Part shown: positions 19,666 through 27,680 of the stretch, piece after piece
Position numbering within the stretch: position 1 is the first letter of the stretch
How the letters are laid out: each line of letters starts with the position of its first letter
IMG/VR virus record: IMGVR_UViG_3300008952_000034
Coordinates: 1 to 64,000 of that record
Length of the DNA stretch: 64,000 bases
Reading direction: 5' to 3' (one strand)
Origin: an uncultured virus (IMG/VR IMGVR_UViG_3300008952_000034)
Lineage: Duplodnaviria > Heunggongvirae > Uroviricota > Caudoviricetes
Notes under the pieces: generated by a model
What the model was told of the DNA's origin: nothing
What the model saw: only the letters and a program-made list of their open reading frames with translations
Database searches by the model: none
Program-made: the position numbers and the translations under genes

Positions 19666-20505
19666 TTAATTTTTCAACGTCTTCCAATATGGATGTGTTT
19701 GTTTTGTGGTAAGATCTCGTTTTTTAGATGTCATAGCCACTTTACGATCATAACCTTTTAAATGATCCATGTATTGGCCAAGCTCACTATTAATAAATGG
19801 ATGCCTTGCTTTTCTATCTCCGGACCATCGGCCATCGTTTAAGTCCTCATTTTTTATTTTTCCGGCCTGTTCCATTTCAAGTCGCACTGCATCAAATGTA
19901 AACGAATCTGTATAACCTGCTATTGGAAAATGATTTAGGAATCCTTTTTGTATATTAAAGAACAAATCTTCAGCATAATATTGTTCCCACCTTTCAAAAA
20001 ATTCTGTTGCGTACTTATGAGCGGTGTTGAAAGCATAGTATCCTGTTTCTGAAAAGCCTTTCTTGGGTCTTCCTAGATATGATGTGAACGCAGTGTTTGG
20101 TAATATATGTTCTAGCCAAGACATAGGAATCTTTTCAAATGTAATAATGTCTGCATCTAAGTACCAAAGCATATCGGGTTTTGTTTTATAGTATGCATCT
20201 ATACAGGCAAATACTTTGTAGCTGAATCTAATAGCATCATATTCAAACTTATATTGTTGTGGTTGCCATTTTGTAAGTCTCGGATTATCTTTGTTTCTTT
20301 CAATAAACTCTTTTAATACAAGTTGCTCTTTACATAAATCATAATACTCTGTTCGAGGCAACTCAAGTTGTTGTGACATGTCATCTGGATACAAAAGTAT
20401 TTTTGCATGGCCCGGCCAATTCTTTACTGTACTTTGAATTCCTGCCTGTACAGGTTTAGGCCAATATTTTGGCCCCCATGTTGTTACAATTGTTAATGAT
20501 TTCAT
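19666..20505 (-). CDS. Putative glycosyltransferase, paralog 2 of 3
   Basis: LDAD, SETGY, DHLKG. Confidence 0.65.
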   Translation of the reverse strand: MKSLTIVTTWGPKYWPKPVQAGIQSTVKNWPGHAKILLYPDDMSQQLELPRTEYYDLCKEQLVLKEFIERNKDNPRLTKWQPQQYKFEYDAIRFSYKVFACIDAYYKTKPDMLWYLDADIITFEKIPMSWLEHILPNTAFTSYLGRPKKGFSETGYYAFNTAHKYATEFFERWEQYYAEDLFFNIQKGFLNHFPIAGYTDSFTFDAVRLEMEQAGKIKNEDLNDGRWSGDRKARHPFINSELGQYMDHLKGYDRKVAMTSKKRDLTTKQTHPYWKTLKN

Positions 20506-21698
20506 TTTACAAAGCTAGATATCACTTCGTACAATTTATCGATTCCTTCTTTGATATTTTCACTACCGTTTCCTACAAAGAATCCGTTGTTGTGTATATC
20601 ATCTGCGGCTGTCATTTGTTTTGAAGCTAAAAGAATTTTATTTGGGTTTACCCATTGTCCTGAAACAATAAAGTCTAAGTCTCTCATAACAGGTTGTTTT
20701 AAAAAGTTTCTTGATGCTAACGGTCTATTTTGTATTCCGGCTTTGCTCAATGCGTTAATAACTTCTGCTCTACGACCTTTTAACTCTCCATCTAGAACCA
20801 TTCCAAACGTAAACCAACTGCTTTCACCTATTTCTTTTTGTATTCTGCACCACGGCTTATCTGCAAACAGTGAGAAGAAATGTTCTTTGTTTGCTAAACG
20901 TGTTTCCATAATGTTATTCCATTTAGTTAATTGTGCTGAACCAATTGCTCCACTCATCTCTAGTGGTCTAATGTTATAGCCCGGAGTTGCAAAAATAAAG
21001 TTATCGTTAAATGCGTTTCCTGTTTTTTGATACAATGTCGAGTTATCTGGTAAATCTCTAACCCAACCATGTGCTCTCATACTTCGCATATAGTCTGCAT
21101 CATCTTTATCTGTGCATAAAACCATACCGCCTTCCATTGTTTGTATATGATGTGAAAAGAAAAATGAGAACGATCCTGCTAACCCTATCGCTCCTGTATA
21201 CAAACCATTATACTTTGCACCCATACTTTCGCAATTGTCTTCTATTAATAATAAATTGTGTTTGGTGCATATGTCTATTATCTTGCTATACTCGCAACTG
21301 TTACCTAGCAAGTTAACTGGCATGATAGCACAGGTATCAGGAGTAATTGCATCTTCAATTTTGTTTACATCAATATTCCAAGTGTTAGGATCTACATCAA
21401 CAAAGTTAATCTTAAATCCGTTTTGTACTATAGGAAAATATGTTGTTGCCCAACCAACCACCGGAACTATAATATTTCCTGTTAATTTATACTTCCACTT
21501 TAATAAACTTAACATTAATAAGTTTGCTGACGAACCGGAGTTAACCATTACAGCATGTTGACTACCAAACAGTTGTGCGAATTCTTGTTCGAACTGCTTA
21601 ACGTGTTTGCCCATTGTGTACATGTCTGTATCAATGACTTTTTGTATTGCTTCTAACTCTTCTTTCCCCCAAGTAGAATATGCTAATGGATATATCAT
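20502..21698 (-). CDS. colD: DegT/DnrJ-family PLP enzyme, ColD-type GDP-4-keto-6-deoxymannose 3-dehydratase
   Basis: NSGSSANL, EDNCESMG, FFSHHIQTMEGG (His at the usual Lys position), RAHGW. Confidence 0.75.
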   Translation of the reverse strand: MIYPLAYSTWGKEELEAIQKVIDTDMYTMGKHVKQFEQEFAQLFGSQHAVMVNSGSSANLLMLSLLKWKYKLTGNIIVPVVGWATTYFPIVQNGFKINFVDVDPNTWNIDVNKIEDAITPDTCAIMPVNLLGNSCEYSKIIDICTKHNLLLIEDNCESMGAKYNGLYTGAIGLAGSFSFFFSHHIQTMEGGMVLCTDKDDADYMRSMRAHGWVRDLPDNSTLYQKTGNAFNDNFIFATPGYNIRPLEMSGAIGSAQLTKWNNIMETRLANKEHFFSLFADKPWCRIQKEIGESSWFTFGMVLDGELKGRRAEVINALSKAGIQNRPLASRNFLKQPVMRDLDFIVSGQWVNPNKILLASKQMTAADDIHNNGFFVGNGSENIKEGIDKLYEVISSFVK

Positions 21699-22492
21699 TT
21701 GTCCTCCTTTGGAACCAGTACTGATGGGAATACACTAGGCTCTGCTAACTCTGGTTTATTGTGTAATTTCTTTTGGCCTTTCATATGTATTAAAAACTCT
21801 GACAGTGGAGATGTTGGTACTGGGTCTTTAGTATTCATTCCTTTATGATACTTCATTAAGTCCATTTGTTTACAATACTTAAATGAATCTCTTCCTATTG
21901 CCATTGTATATTGATCTGCTTGTTGGTTGTCATACCCCCATAACTCTCCACTAATATAAATCTCTTCTAATCTATTTGCCCATTTCTTTGCTTCTGGGTG
22001 CTTTGGGTTATGCATATAAAATCCGGTTTCATCTCTCATTTTTGGCCTGTCAAAAAATGTACACAATGAATCGGCTGGACAAATTTCTCTAAGATAATCT
22101 AAATTAGGTTTGGCTGTATACAATGTATCTGCATCTGAATATAATATAACATCTGCGTTAGAATTTTTTACCCTGTGTGTTTGTGCAAAAACTTTATGTG
22201 AAAACTTAACACCGTTGTTTTTCCATACGTACTTTTGTCTATCCTCTCGCCAACCATGTTTTACAGGATCGTCTTTCCATTTGTCTACAAATTCTTTTAG
22301 TTGAGGTTGTGCTTTATACAGTTCATGGTAAACAATATTATCTTGGAATATCTCTGGTTCTTGCTCTTGCCAATATGCATGAAGTATACAGTCTTTTGGC
22401 CAATACTTAACAAACGACTCTATCATGTTCTTGGCACATAGATCATAATATCCTTTATTATAAGTTGTGCAAATTTCTACAGTTCTTGACAT
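21695..22492 (-). CDS. Putative glycosyltransferase, paralog 3 of 3 (start MSRTVEIC)
   Basis: SDAD, ETGF, HMKG; N-terminus aligns with paralogs from ATG 22492. Confidence 0.65.
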   Translation of the reverse strand: MSRTVEICTTYNKGYYDLCAKNMIESFVKYWPKDCILHAYWQEQEPEIFQDNIVYHELYKAQPQLKEFVDKWKDDPVKHGWREDRQKYVWKNNGVKFSHKVFAQTHRVKNSNADVILYSDADTLYTAKPNLDYLREICPADSLCTFFDRPKMRDETGFYMHNPKHPEAKKWANRLEEIYISGELWGYDNQQADQYTMAIGRDSFKYCKQMDLMKYHKGMNTKDPVPTSPLSEFLIHMKGQKKLHNKPELAEPSVFPSVLVPKEDK

Positions 22493-22516
22493 ATTGTAAT
22501 TTAGCAGGTTTGGTGT

Positions 22517-22684
22517 TGGCTGTCTACCTTTTACACCCGGGCACCTCTGTAGAAGATACCCAGGGGGGTCTACAGCCACTTAATTTATGCTTACCTATTC
22601 TTGCACACAGGAGTTGCCCTTTACGGCCATGTTGCTTCGGACTCTCGCCTTCACAACAGGTGTCTATACTTCCACCATAAGCAC
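22517..22684 (-). ncRNA. Structured two-domain RNA in the leader of the sugar-modification operon
   Basis: GC-rich; stems GUGCUUAU/GUAAGCAU, UGUUG/CAACA, GGC-GAGA-GUC, UGGCUGU/ACAGCCA and a 12-bp G-U-rich hairpin. Confidence 0.65.
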
Positions 22685-22691
22685 ACTAGTA

Positions 22692-22720
22692 ATTATATGA
22701 TCTTATAATGATTTAGTCAA
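22692..22720 (-). promoter_or_regulatory. sigma70-type promoter TTGACT-N17-TATAAT
   Basis: Near-consensus, directly upstream of the RNA. Confidence 0.8.
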
Positions 22721-22744
22721 GCAAAACCAAATAACTATACATAT

Positions 22745-23017
22745 ATGACGTCACAAGTTCCTAAACGCACACGACAAATACAAAGGCATTACCTCGATAA
22801 AAAACAAGCAGAGAAGCATTGTATAGATATAGAACAATACTTTGAGCAGGAACTCCGAAGTTATATGAAATATGCTGTTAATGTAATACTACAAGGATCT
22901 ATACTAACTCATAGACAACGTGTAGATTTTATAAGAGGATGGATGCGTTCTTGGTTATCTGATGATAAGTTACACAAACGATTGCACAAACATAAGAATT
23001 CGTCTAGGCCTACTTAA
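22745..23017 (+). CDS. Hypothetical protein
   Basis: ORF track. Confidence 0.55.
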   Translation: MTSQVPKRTRQIQRHYLDKKQAEKHCIDIEQYFEQELRSYMKYAVNVILQGSILTHRQRVDFIRGWMRSWLSDDKLHKRLHKHKNSSRPT

Positions 23018-23210
23018 GAAGGTCAACGTTGTCTAGTTCACACACACCCCATATATGATCACCATGGGGAACATCGTTGAAATTTTTAGCATACTGTTCG
23101 CATATCTCTTGGCTCTCAAAATGCATACGATGCCATCCATCATAGTTCAATGATTCTGCTGTATGCCATCCACCATTTACTAAAAAATATACTACTAACG
23201 CCCATTTCAT
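23010..23210 (-). CDS. Small two-Cys hypothetical protein
   Basis: MKWALVVYF...FESQEIC...VC. Confidence 0.6.
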   Translation of the reverse strand: MKWALVVYFLVNGGWHTAESLNYDGWHRMHFESQEICEQYAKNFNDVPHGDHIWGVCELDNVDLLK

Positions 23211-23254
23211 ATTTGTTATTTAGAATATTTCGACTATGTATTAAATACTAGGTT

Positions 23255-23434
23255 ATGGAAATAGTAGATACCAATTTTGTGTATGCTTTTATAGTAGCAT
23301 GGAATGACGTTTCTCGTGGTGTATTCCTCACTGAATACTTTGCTAGTTTAGACGAATGTATGTCATATTTGCAATCATGGATCCATGATCCCACTCAAGT
23401 TAATCTAGAGTGTATCCAATTAATTTCCGATTAG
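23255..23434 (+). CDS. 59-aa two-Cys hypothetical protein, not in ORF track
   Basis: TAAATA at 23242; FASLDEC...LEC. Confidence 0.55.
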   Translation: MEIVDTNFVYAFIVAWNDVSRGVFLTEYFASLDECMSYLQSWIHDPTQVNLECIQLISD

Positions 23435-23689
23435 AGCGGCTATTATTATTAATGCTAGTGCATAATATGGATAGTATGACTTAATGTGACGCCACCATGT
23501 TTTACGAGTAAAAATTTTTTCCTGTGCAAAAATTTTAGATTTAGAAAACACGGTACCCACATCAGTTTCTATATTCCATAGTTGTGAGTCTCTTCGCCAT
23601 GGTTTGAGATCAAATATAATATAAAAGAAAACACCGCCTATAAAACAAATGAATAGAAAACCAAATATTACTTTAAGTATAGTAATCAT
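23420..23689 (-). CDS. Two-TM membrane protein (start MITILK)
   Basis: ATGA-coupled to the upstream microprotein. Confidence 0.6.
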   Translation of the reverse strand: MITILKVIFGFLFICFIGGVFFYIIFDLKPWRRDSQLWNIETDVGTVFSKSKIFAQEKIFTRKTWWRHIKSYYPYYALALIIIAALIGN

Positions 23690-24167
23690 GACTGGAATAC
23701 TAGATGTCCTTTCCACCATGCTAACAAAAGTGATGTGCTAGTTATTATTACCCAAAACCATACGAAGTCCCATAGTGTAGGACCTTTATCTTTATTTCCT
23801 TTAAAAGGCATTATACAGGTACTCCCTTCATATAAAGCATAGCCAGGAACATTACAAAACAAACCAATAAAAGTGCTGTTATTATATAAAATTTCATTGT
23901 ACCTTCCATATTACCCATATACAGTATGGTATTGCTATTGAATAGTAGATAATAAACAGCCATTCCATTATCTAGTTGCCCACCACATTAATCCTATTAT
24001 TACAATAGCAACACCAAAATATAGCAATATAAAGAACAGTGTAACGTTGGGCTCTCCATGCATTATAGATATACCCTATACAAGACATTCCATGTTAGTT
24101 GAAATATTATAAGCAGTGCTAATGTAATCAAAGCACCTAGAATTATGTAGGTAATCCATTGTTTCAT
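23686..24167 (-). CDS. Five coupled single-TM microproteins: 24167-24063, 24063-23968, 23968-23894, 23897-23811, 23811-23686
   Basis: 34, 31, 24, 28 and 41 aa; each junction is a TAATG or ATGA overlap. Confidence 0.7.
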
Positions 24168-24228
24168 ATAATAGTACTTATTGGCTATTGATGTGCTATA
24201 TACGTGTACACAGAGAGGAGACACACAC

Positions 24229-24450
24229 ATGACAACAAACAAAAATGGCTTTGAAATCAGAGCCGATATCTTAAAACTAGCACAAGATCATCTTCAAACA
24301 GAGTTTAGTTATGCCCAAAATCAATACGATCAAAGCATAACACAACCTGATTGGAAAGGTGGTACTGTGGCTAAACCTGTATATCCATGTACAAACGATG
24401 TAATCGAATGTGCTAAAGCGATGTATAACTTTGTAAACTCAAAAGTATAA
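24229..24450 (+). CDS. Phage hypothetical protein (MTTNKNGFEIR...)
   Basis: AGGAG RBS; downstream hairpin AGCGGCC/GGCCGCT and T-tract. Confidence 0.7.
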   Translation: MTTNKNGFEIRADILKLAQDHLQTEFSYAQNQYDQSITQPDWKGGTVAKPVYPCTNDVIECAKAMYNFVNSKV

Positions 24451-24663
24451 GCAATAATCATAGCGGCCTGGGTATAGTAACCTTTTTGGCCGCTGTGCAT
24501 TTTTTTTATATTGGGGGTATTTTATAGGCCACCTGGTGATTTTTAGACCATGGGGTTGCCATTTTACCAAATTTATCTTTCAAAAAAATTGCTATGCGAC
24601 CACCCCTTCAATAAAAAAGATTTTTCTACCACCCCACCCTTCAAACCACATCTGATGGTGTCA

Positions 24664-24729
24664 AGTGTAATGACAGCCCAATCATTACACTACAACTCCT
24701 ATTGACTCTTACTGCTTCTATGCTATTAT
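24664..24729 (+). promoter_or_regulatory. 28-bp palindrome AGTGTAAT-N12-ATTACACT plus promoter TTGACT-N16-TATTAT
   Basis: Palindrome 24664-24691; promoter 24702-24729. Confidence 0.75.
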
Positions 24730-24752
24730 TAAACTATAACGAAAGGAGTTGA

Positions 24753-24950
24753 ATGCCAAACATATCATCACAACAAGTAGCCTATCTAAAAAGCCTAGTC
24801 AAGTATAAGTCATACTCAGTACATCACAAGTATCACTCGCCTGCTCATATCAAGTTCAAGTCATATGCTAAAGCCAAAGCCTATTGCATAAAGCACAATC
24901 TTGACTATAAATCAAGTTGGGTCCTTACTACTGTCAATCACTGTATATAA
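24753..24950 (+). CDS. Small basic His/Tyr/Lys-rich protein, paralog of 42558..42752
   Basis: Shared VKYKSYSVHHKYH and SSWVLTTVNHC; AAGGAGTTGA RBS. Confidence 0.8.
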   Translation: MPNISSQQVAYLKSLVKYKSYSVHHKYHSPAHIKFKSYAKAKAYCIKHNLDYKSSWVLTTVNHCI

Positions 24951-25154
24951 TAACCCAACATATGTATAACACATTATATTCATTATAGTGTGTTATATGT
25001 CATTAGTGCCGGAGGCCGATGTGGTAATCGTATTGCTCGGGCGGGGTAAACTCAGATTGGCTATGTGGTTATTGCATGATCGACTTACTTCATAAGTCAG
25101 GCCTTCTCTTCGTTCATGCCATATACACATAGAACTCTATACTATATAGGGGAT

Positions 25155-25417
25155 TACCAATCCTTACCATACCAACCCAGCGTCCTACCAATCTCTACCA
25201 GCGTAGAAGGGTACCCATCGACCTTACCAAATACACCAAGTTAGAACACACCGGAAGCAGACATCAATAGGTCTCCATATTACCAACGCTTACCATTCCT
25301 TACCATCTCCGATAGCGTACCGACGGTATGGCATATTGTTCCAGATCGTACTCCGTCTCAACCATTCGCACGGTGGTCATATGGGCAGGATAGGTTAAGC
25401 GAAACAAAGTATTACCA
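25155..25417 (+). repeat. Ten TACCA pentamers, many at 10-bp phase
   Basis: 25155, 25165, 25170, 25186, 25196, 25225, 25281, 25291, 25301, 25413. Confidence 0.8.
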
Positions 25418-25501
25418 AATAAAAATCCTTAGGATGGCCGGTATAGTTAAAATACGATATGCTTTTATTCCACCATACGACCACAATAGATATATAATGT
25501 T

Positions 25502-25684
25502 ATGCCTACCGAAAGAGAACGAGACAAATACAATCCAGAAATCAAGTACGACAACTCACCGTCCAATAGATTAAAGTTTCTAGATCGATACATATATAAC
25601 TTCTGCCTACCATGCCTCATTATAAAGTTCACCGTTATAGCATTAGCCATATATGGGTTATATAAAATCATATTCCCATCATAA
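25502..25684 (+). CDS. Small membrane protein
   Basis: C-terminal hydrophobic segment. Confidence 0.5.
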   Translation: MPTERERDKYNPEIKYDNSPSNRLKFLDRYIYNFCLPCLIIKFTVIALAIYGLYKIIFPS

Positions 25685-25982
25685 AAATCCTCAAGATAAT
25701 TGTATATTGTGATAGTACAATTCAAACTCTAGAGCTACCGCTGGGCTCAAAGGGTTGCGAAGCGAACTAGCGAAGCCGAGCTAGGTCTTTTACAATAGGA
25801 ATTATTATGTAGGATAGGCTTAGGAGAGCCTGGTCAAATCTGTCTTACGCGAAGGCCTGCGGCCGAGTTAGATCTATCGCCGAAAAAAATCGCCGGCGCT
25901 TATCGCTTCGCTCTGGGGTCACTCTTCCACCTACCGTTCAGGGGGAGGTGTCTGACAATATTGATTATGTCTAAATAATGTT

Positions 25983-26055
25983 GGCGGTAGAGCTCGGGTA
26001 GATGAGCATCAGAATCATAAGCTGAATGCCGTGGGTGCAATTCCTGCTACCGCTA
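25983..26055 (+). tRNA. Atypical tRNA-like gene, anticodon CAT (Met/Ile2-type), no encoded CCA
   Basis: GGCGGTA/TACCGCT, GCTC/GAGC, TCAG/CTGA around ATCATAA, GTGGG/CCTGC with TGCAATT loop; TAAATA at 25972. Confidence 0.7.
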
Positions 26056-26108
26056 CTCAAGACAATAGGCCCTATGCTTTTAACACTTGGGCCTACTGAT
26101 GACAATAA

Positions 26109-26327
26109 CTATGCAATCTGCAAGTAAGTCGCTCTGTTCGTTTTTCTTTGAACAATAAGACCCTTGGAAACTGCCTGCATCAATGAATCTTGAAATGATG
26201 CTCCGTTGATACCTTTACTAGGCAAGTCAAAAATACCTTGACCATATAATGCCCAATGGACATTTGATCTCCGTACTTCTACTCCTGCTCTTTTAAGGAA
26301 TTCAACTATTCTTTCATAATTTTCCAT
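26109..26327 (-). CDS. Small protein, possible winged-helix DNA binder
   Basis: Helical region followed by KGLIVQRK...TY wing-like segment; own promoter at 26418-26445. Confidence 0.45.
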   Translation of the reverse strand: MENYERIVEFLKRAGVEVRRSNVHWALYGQGIFDLPSKGINGASFQDSLMQAVSKGLIVQRKTNRATYLQIA

Positions 26328-26839
26328 CTTTAAATCCGCTTTCTTTTAGTAGATTAAAACTAAAAATTATTTGGTATTAATTGATATTAAGACTTTTATC
26401 GTCCCAAATACTCTATTATTATAGCATATCCTGGAGATCTGTCAATCTTGGTAATCTGGGGGTTTTGGGGGTTATTTCTTGAAATTCTCTAATAATTTGA
26501 ATACAATTACTAATGGTAGGAGTAATGTCCAAGCAAGGATTATCCATACTTCTTCTAGGGTCTTAAGTGGCTGGGCTCTACGGTTACTCAACGAGCCCAC
26601 CACTATTCTCTGGTTGGAGGGAGGTCCGACTTGAGAATTCTGTTTACCAACCACTTGGTCTTCCTATCAGTAATACTAATAATGTGAAACAGGTTGCGAA
26701 TACAATTATATCAATTATCATTTGTACTTCTTTTTATTGAGTCTAACTAATGCTTCTAATTTACGATCAATCTTACGGAAGCCATAATATAGCAATATAA
26801 AGAAACCTACCACCAATAGTCCTAAAATAGTCTTTGTCA

Positions 26840-27487
26840 TTATGGCAACTCTCTTTCTTTAATTGTTCTTAGAATGATTTTAGCATAATCTGGATTGGTA
26901 CTCCAGGCGTCTAATAATGATAATAACTTATTATAATCCCAAGTGCCCTTCTTAAGCTGAATCTTTCTCTCTACTCTAAATTCTGTATAGGCTGTGTGGG
27001 TATTAAGGATTCTTATCATATCTTTTACACTATCGCATTTCGTAGCATATTTCTTAAGGCCAAACTTCGCATCTGGCACATCCTTAGGCTTCATATGGTC
27101 TGACTCCAAGTCCCAAGTCCGTATGCCAAATAGGTTATTACCTTCTACTGAGAAACGAGATGTTCCCCATGCTGATTCAATACCTGCCATGGCAATTATG
27201 ATAGATGTTGGTACTCTACTATGCCTATCCGTAGTGAAGTTCAGATATTCAACACATTTACCTGTCGCATTAATGAATGAGTTGGCATTGTTGAACATAA
27301 ACTCTGGTTGGACTAATCCTAACTCTAGGATCTGCTCTAAATCCTTTTTATGGAATGTTTCTTCTAATTTTTCTACCGTTTGTTTATTGGGATTACTCGT
27401 ACCATACCAATATGATGCTCCTACCATGCCCATTATGATAAAGGCATATAATAACCCTAGATATAAATTTGTTAGTCCTTTTTTCAT
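26840..27487 (-). CDS. Membrane-anchored glucosaminidase (Bax/GH73-like)
   Basis: AMAGIESAWGTSRF...GNNLFGI, WSTNPDY; N-terminal TM. Confidence 0.85.
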   Translation of the reverse strand: MKKGLTNLYLGLLYAFIIMGMVGASYWYGTSNPNKQTVEKLEETFHKKDLEQILELGLVQPEFMFNNANSFINATGKCVEYLNFTTDRHSRVPTSIIIAMAGIESAWGTSRFSVEGNNLFGIRTWDLESDHMKPKDVPDAKFGLKKYATKCDSVKDMIRILNTHTAYTEFRVERKIQLKKGTWDYNKLLSLLDAWSTNPDYAKIILRTIKERELP

Positions 27488-27488
27488 T

Positions 27489-27680
27489 TTAACTCATTAC
27501 CCTTTCCAGTCTGCTTAACCTATTTCTTTCACAATTTTTTAGGCCTCGTTTAATACTTTTTAATCGTTTATATTCTGCTTCATTCTCTTCAACTGATCGT
27601 TTGGCTAACTTGTCCATTCGCAAGTCATGTCTATTCATATTAGAATACATATTCTCTCGCATCTTACCTAATCTACTCAT
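27489..27680 (-). CDS. Hypothetical basic protein
   Basis: Coupled ORF. Confidence 0.55.
   Translation of the reverse strand: MSRLGKMRENMYSNMNRHDLRMDKLAKRSVEENEAEYKRLKSIKRGLKNCERNRLSRLERVMS

Noticed and set aside
22493..22579. 29-codon N-terminal extension of the glycosyltransferase from GTG 22579
   Set aside because: It coincides with an RNA hairpin, and the paralogs align only from ATG 22492.
22587..22684. Resemblance to SAM-I riboswitch or RNase P RNA (CUUAU, GCAAC, AACUCC, GCAAG)
   Set aside because: The SAM-I AUCAAGAG and GGUGC core and the RNase P P4/ACAGAA..GCUU elements are absent, so neither name is assigned.
24664..24691. Canonical XerCD dif site
   Set aside because: Length and 11-6-11 layout fit, but the arms do not match the CGCATAA/TTATGTTAAA consensus.
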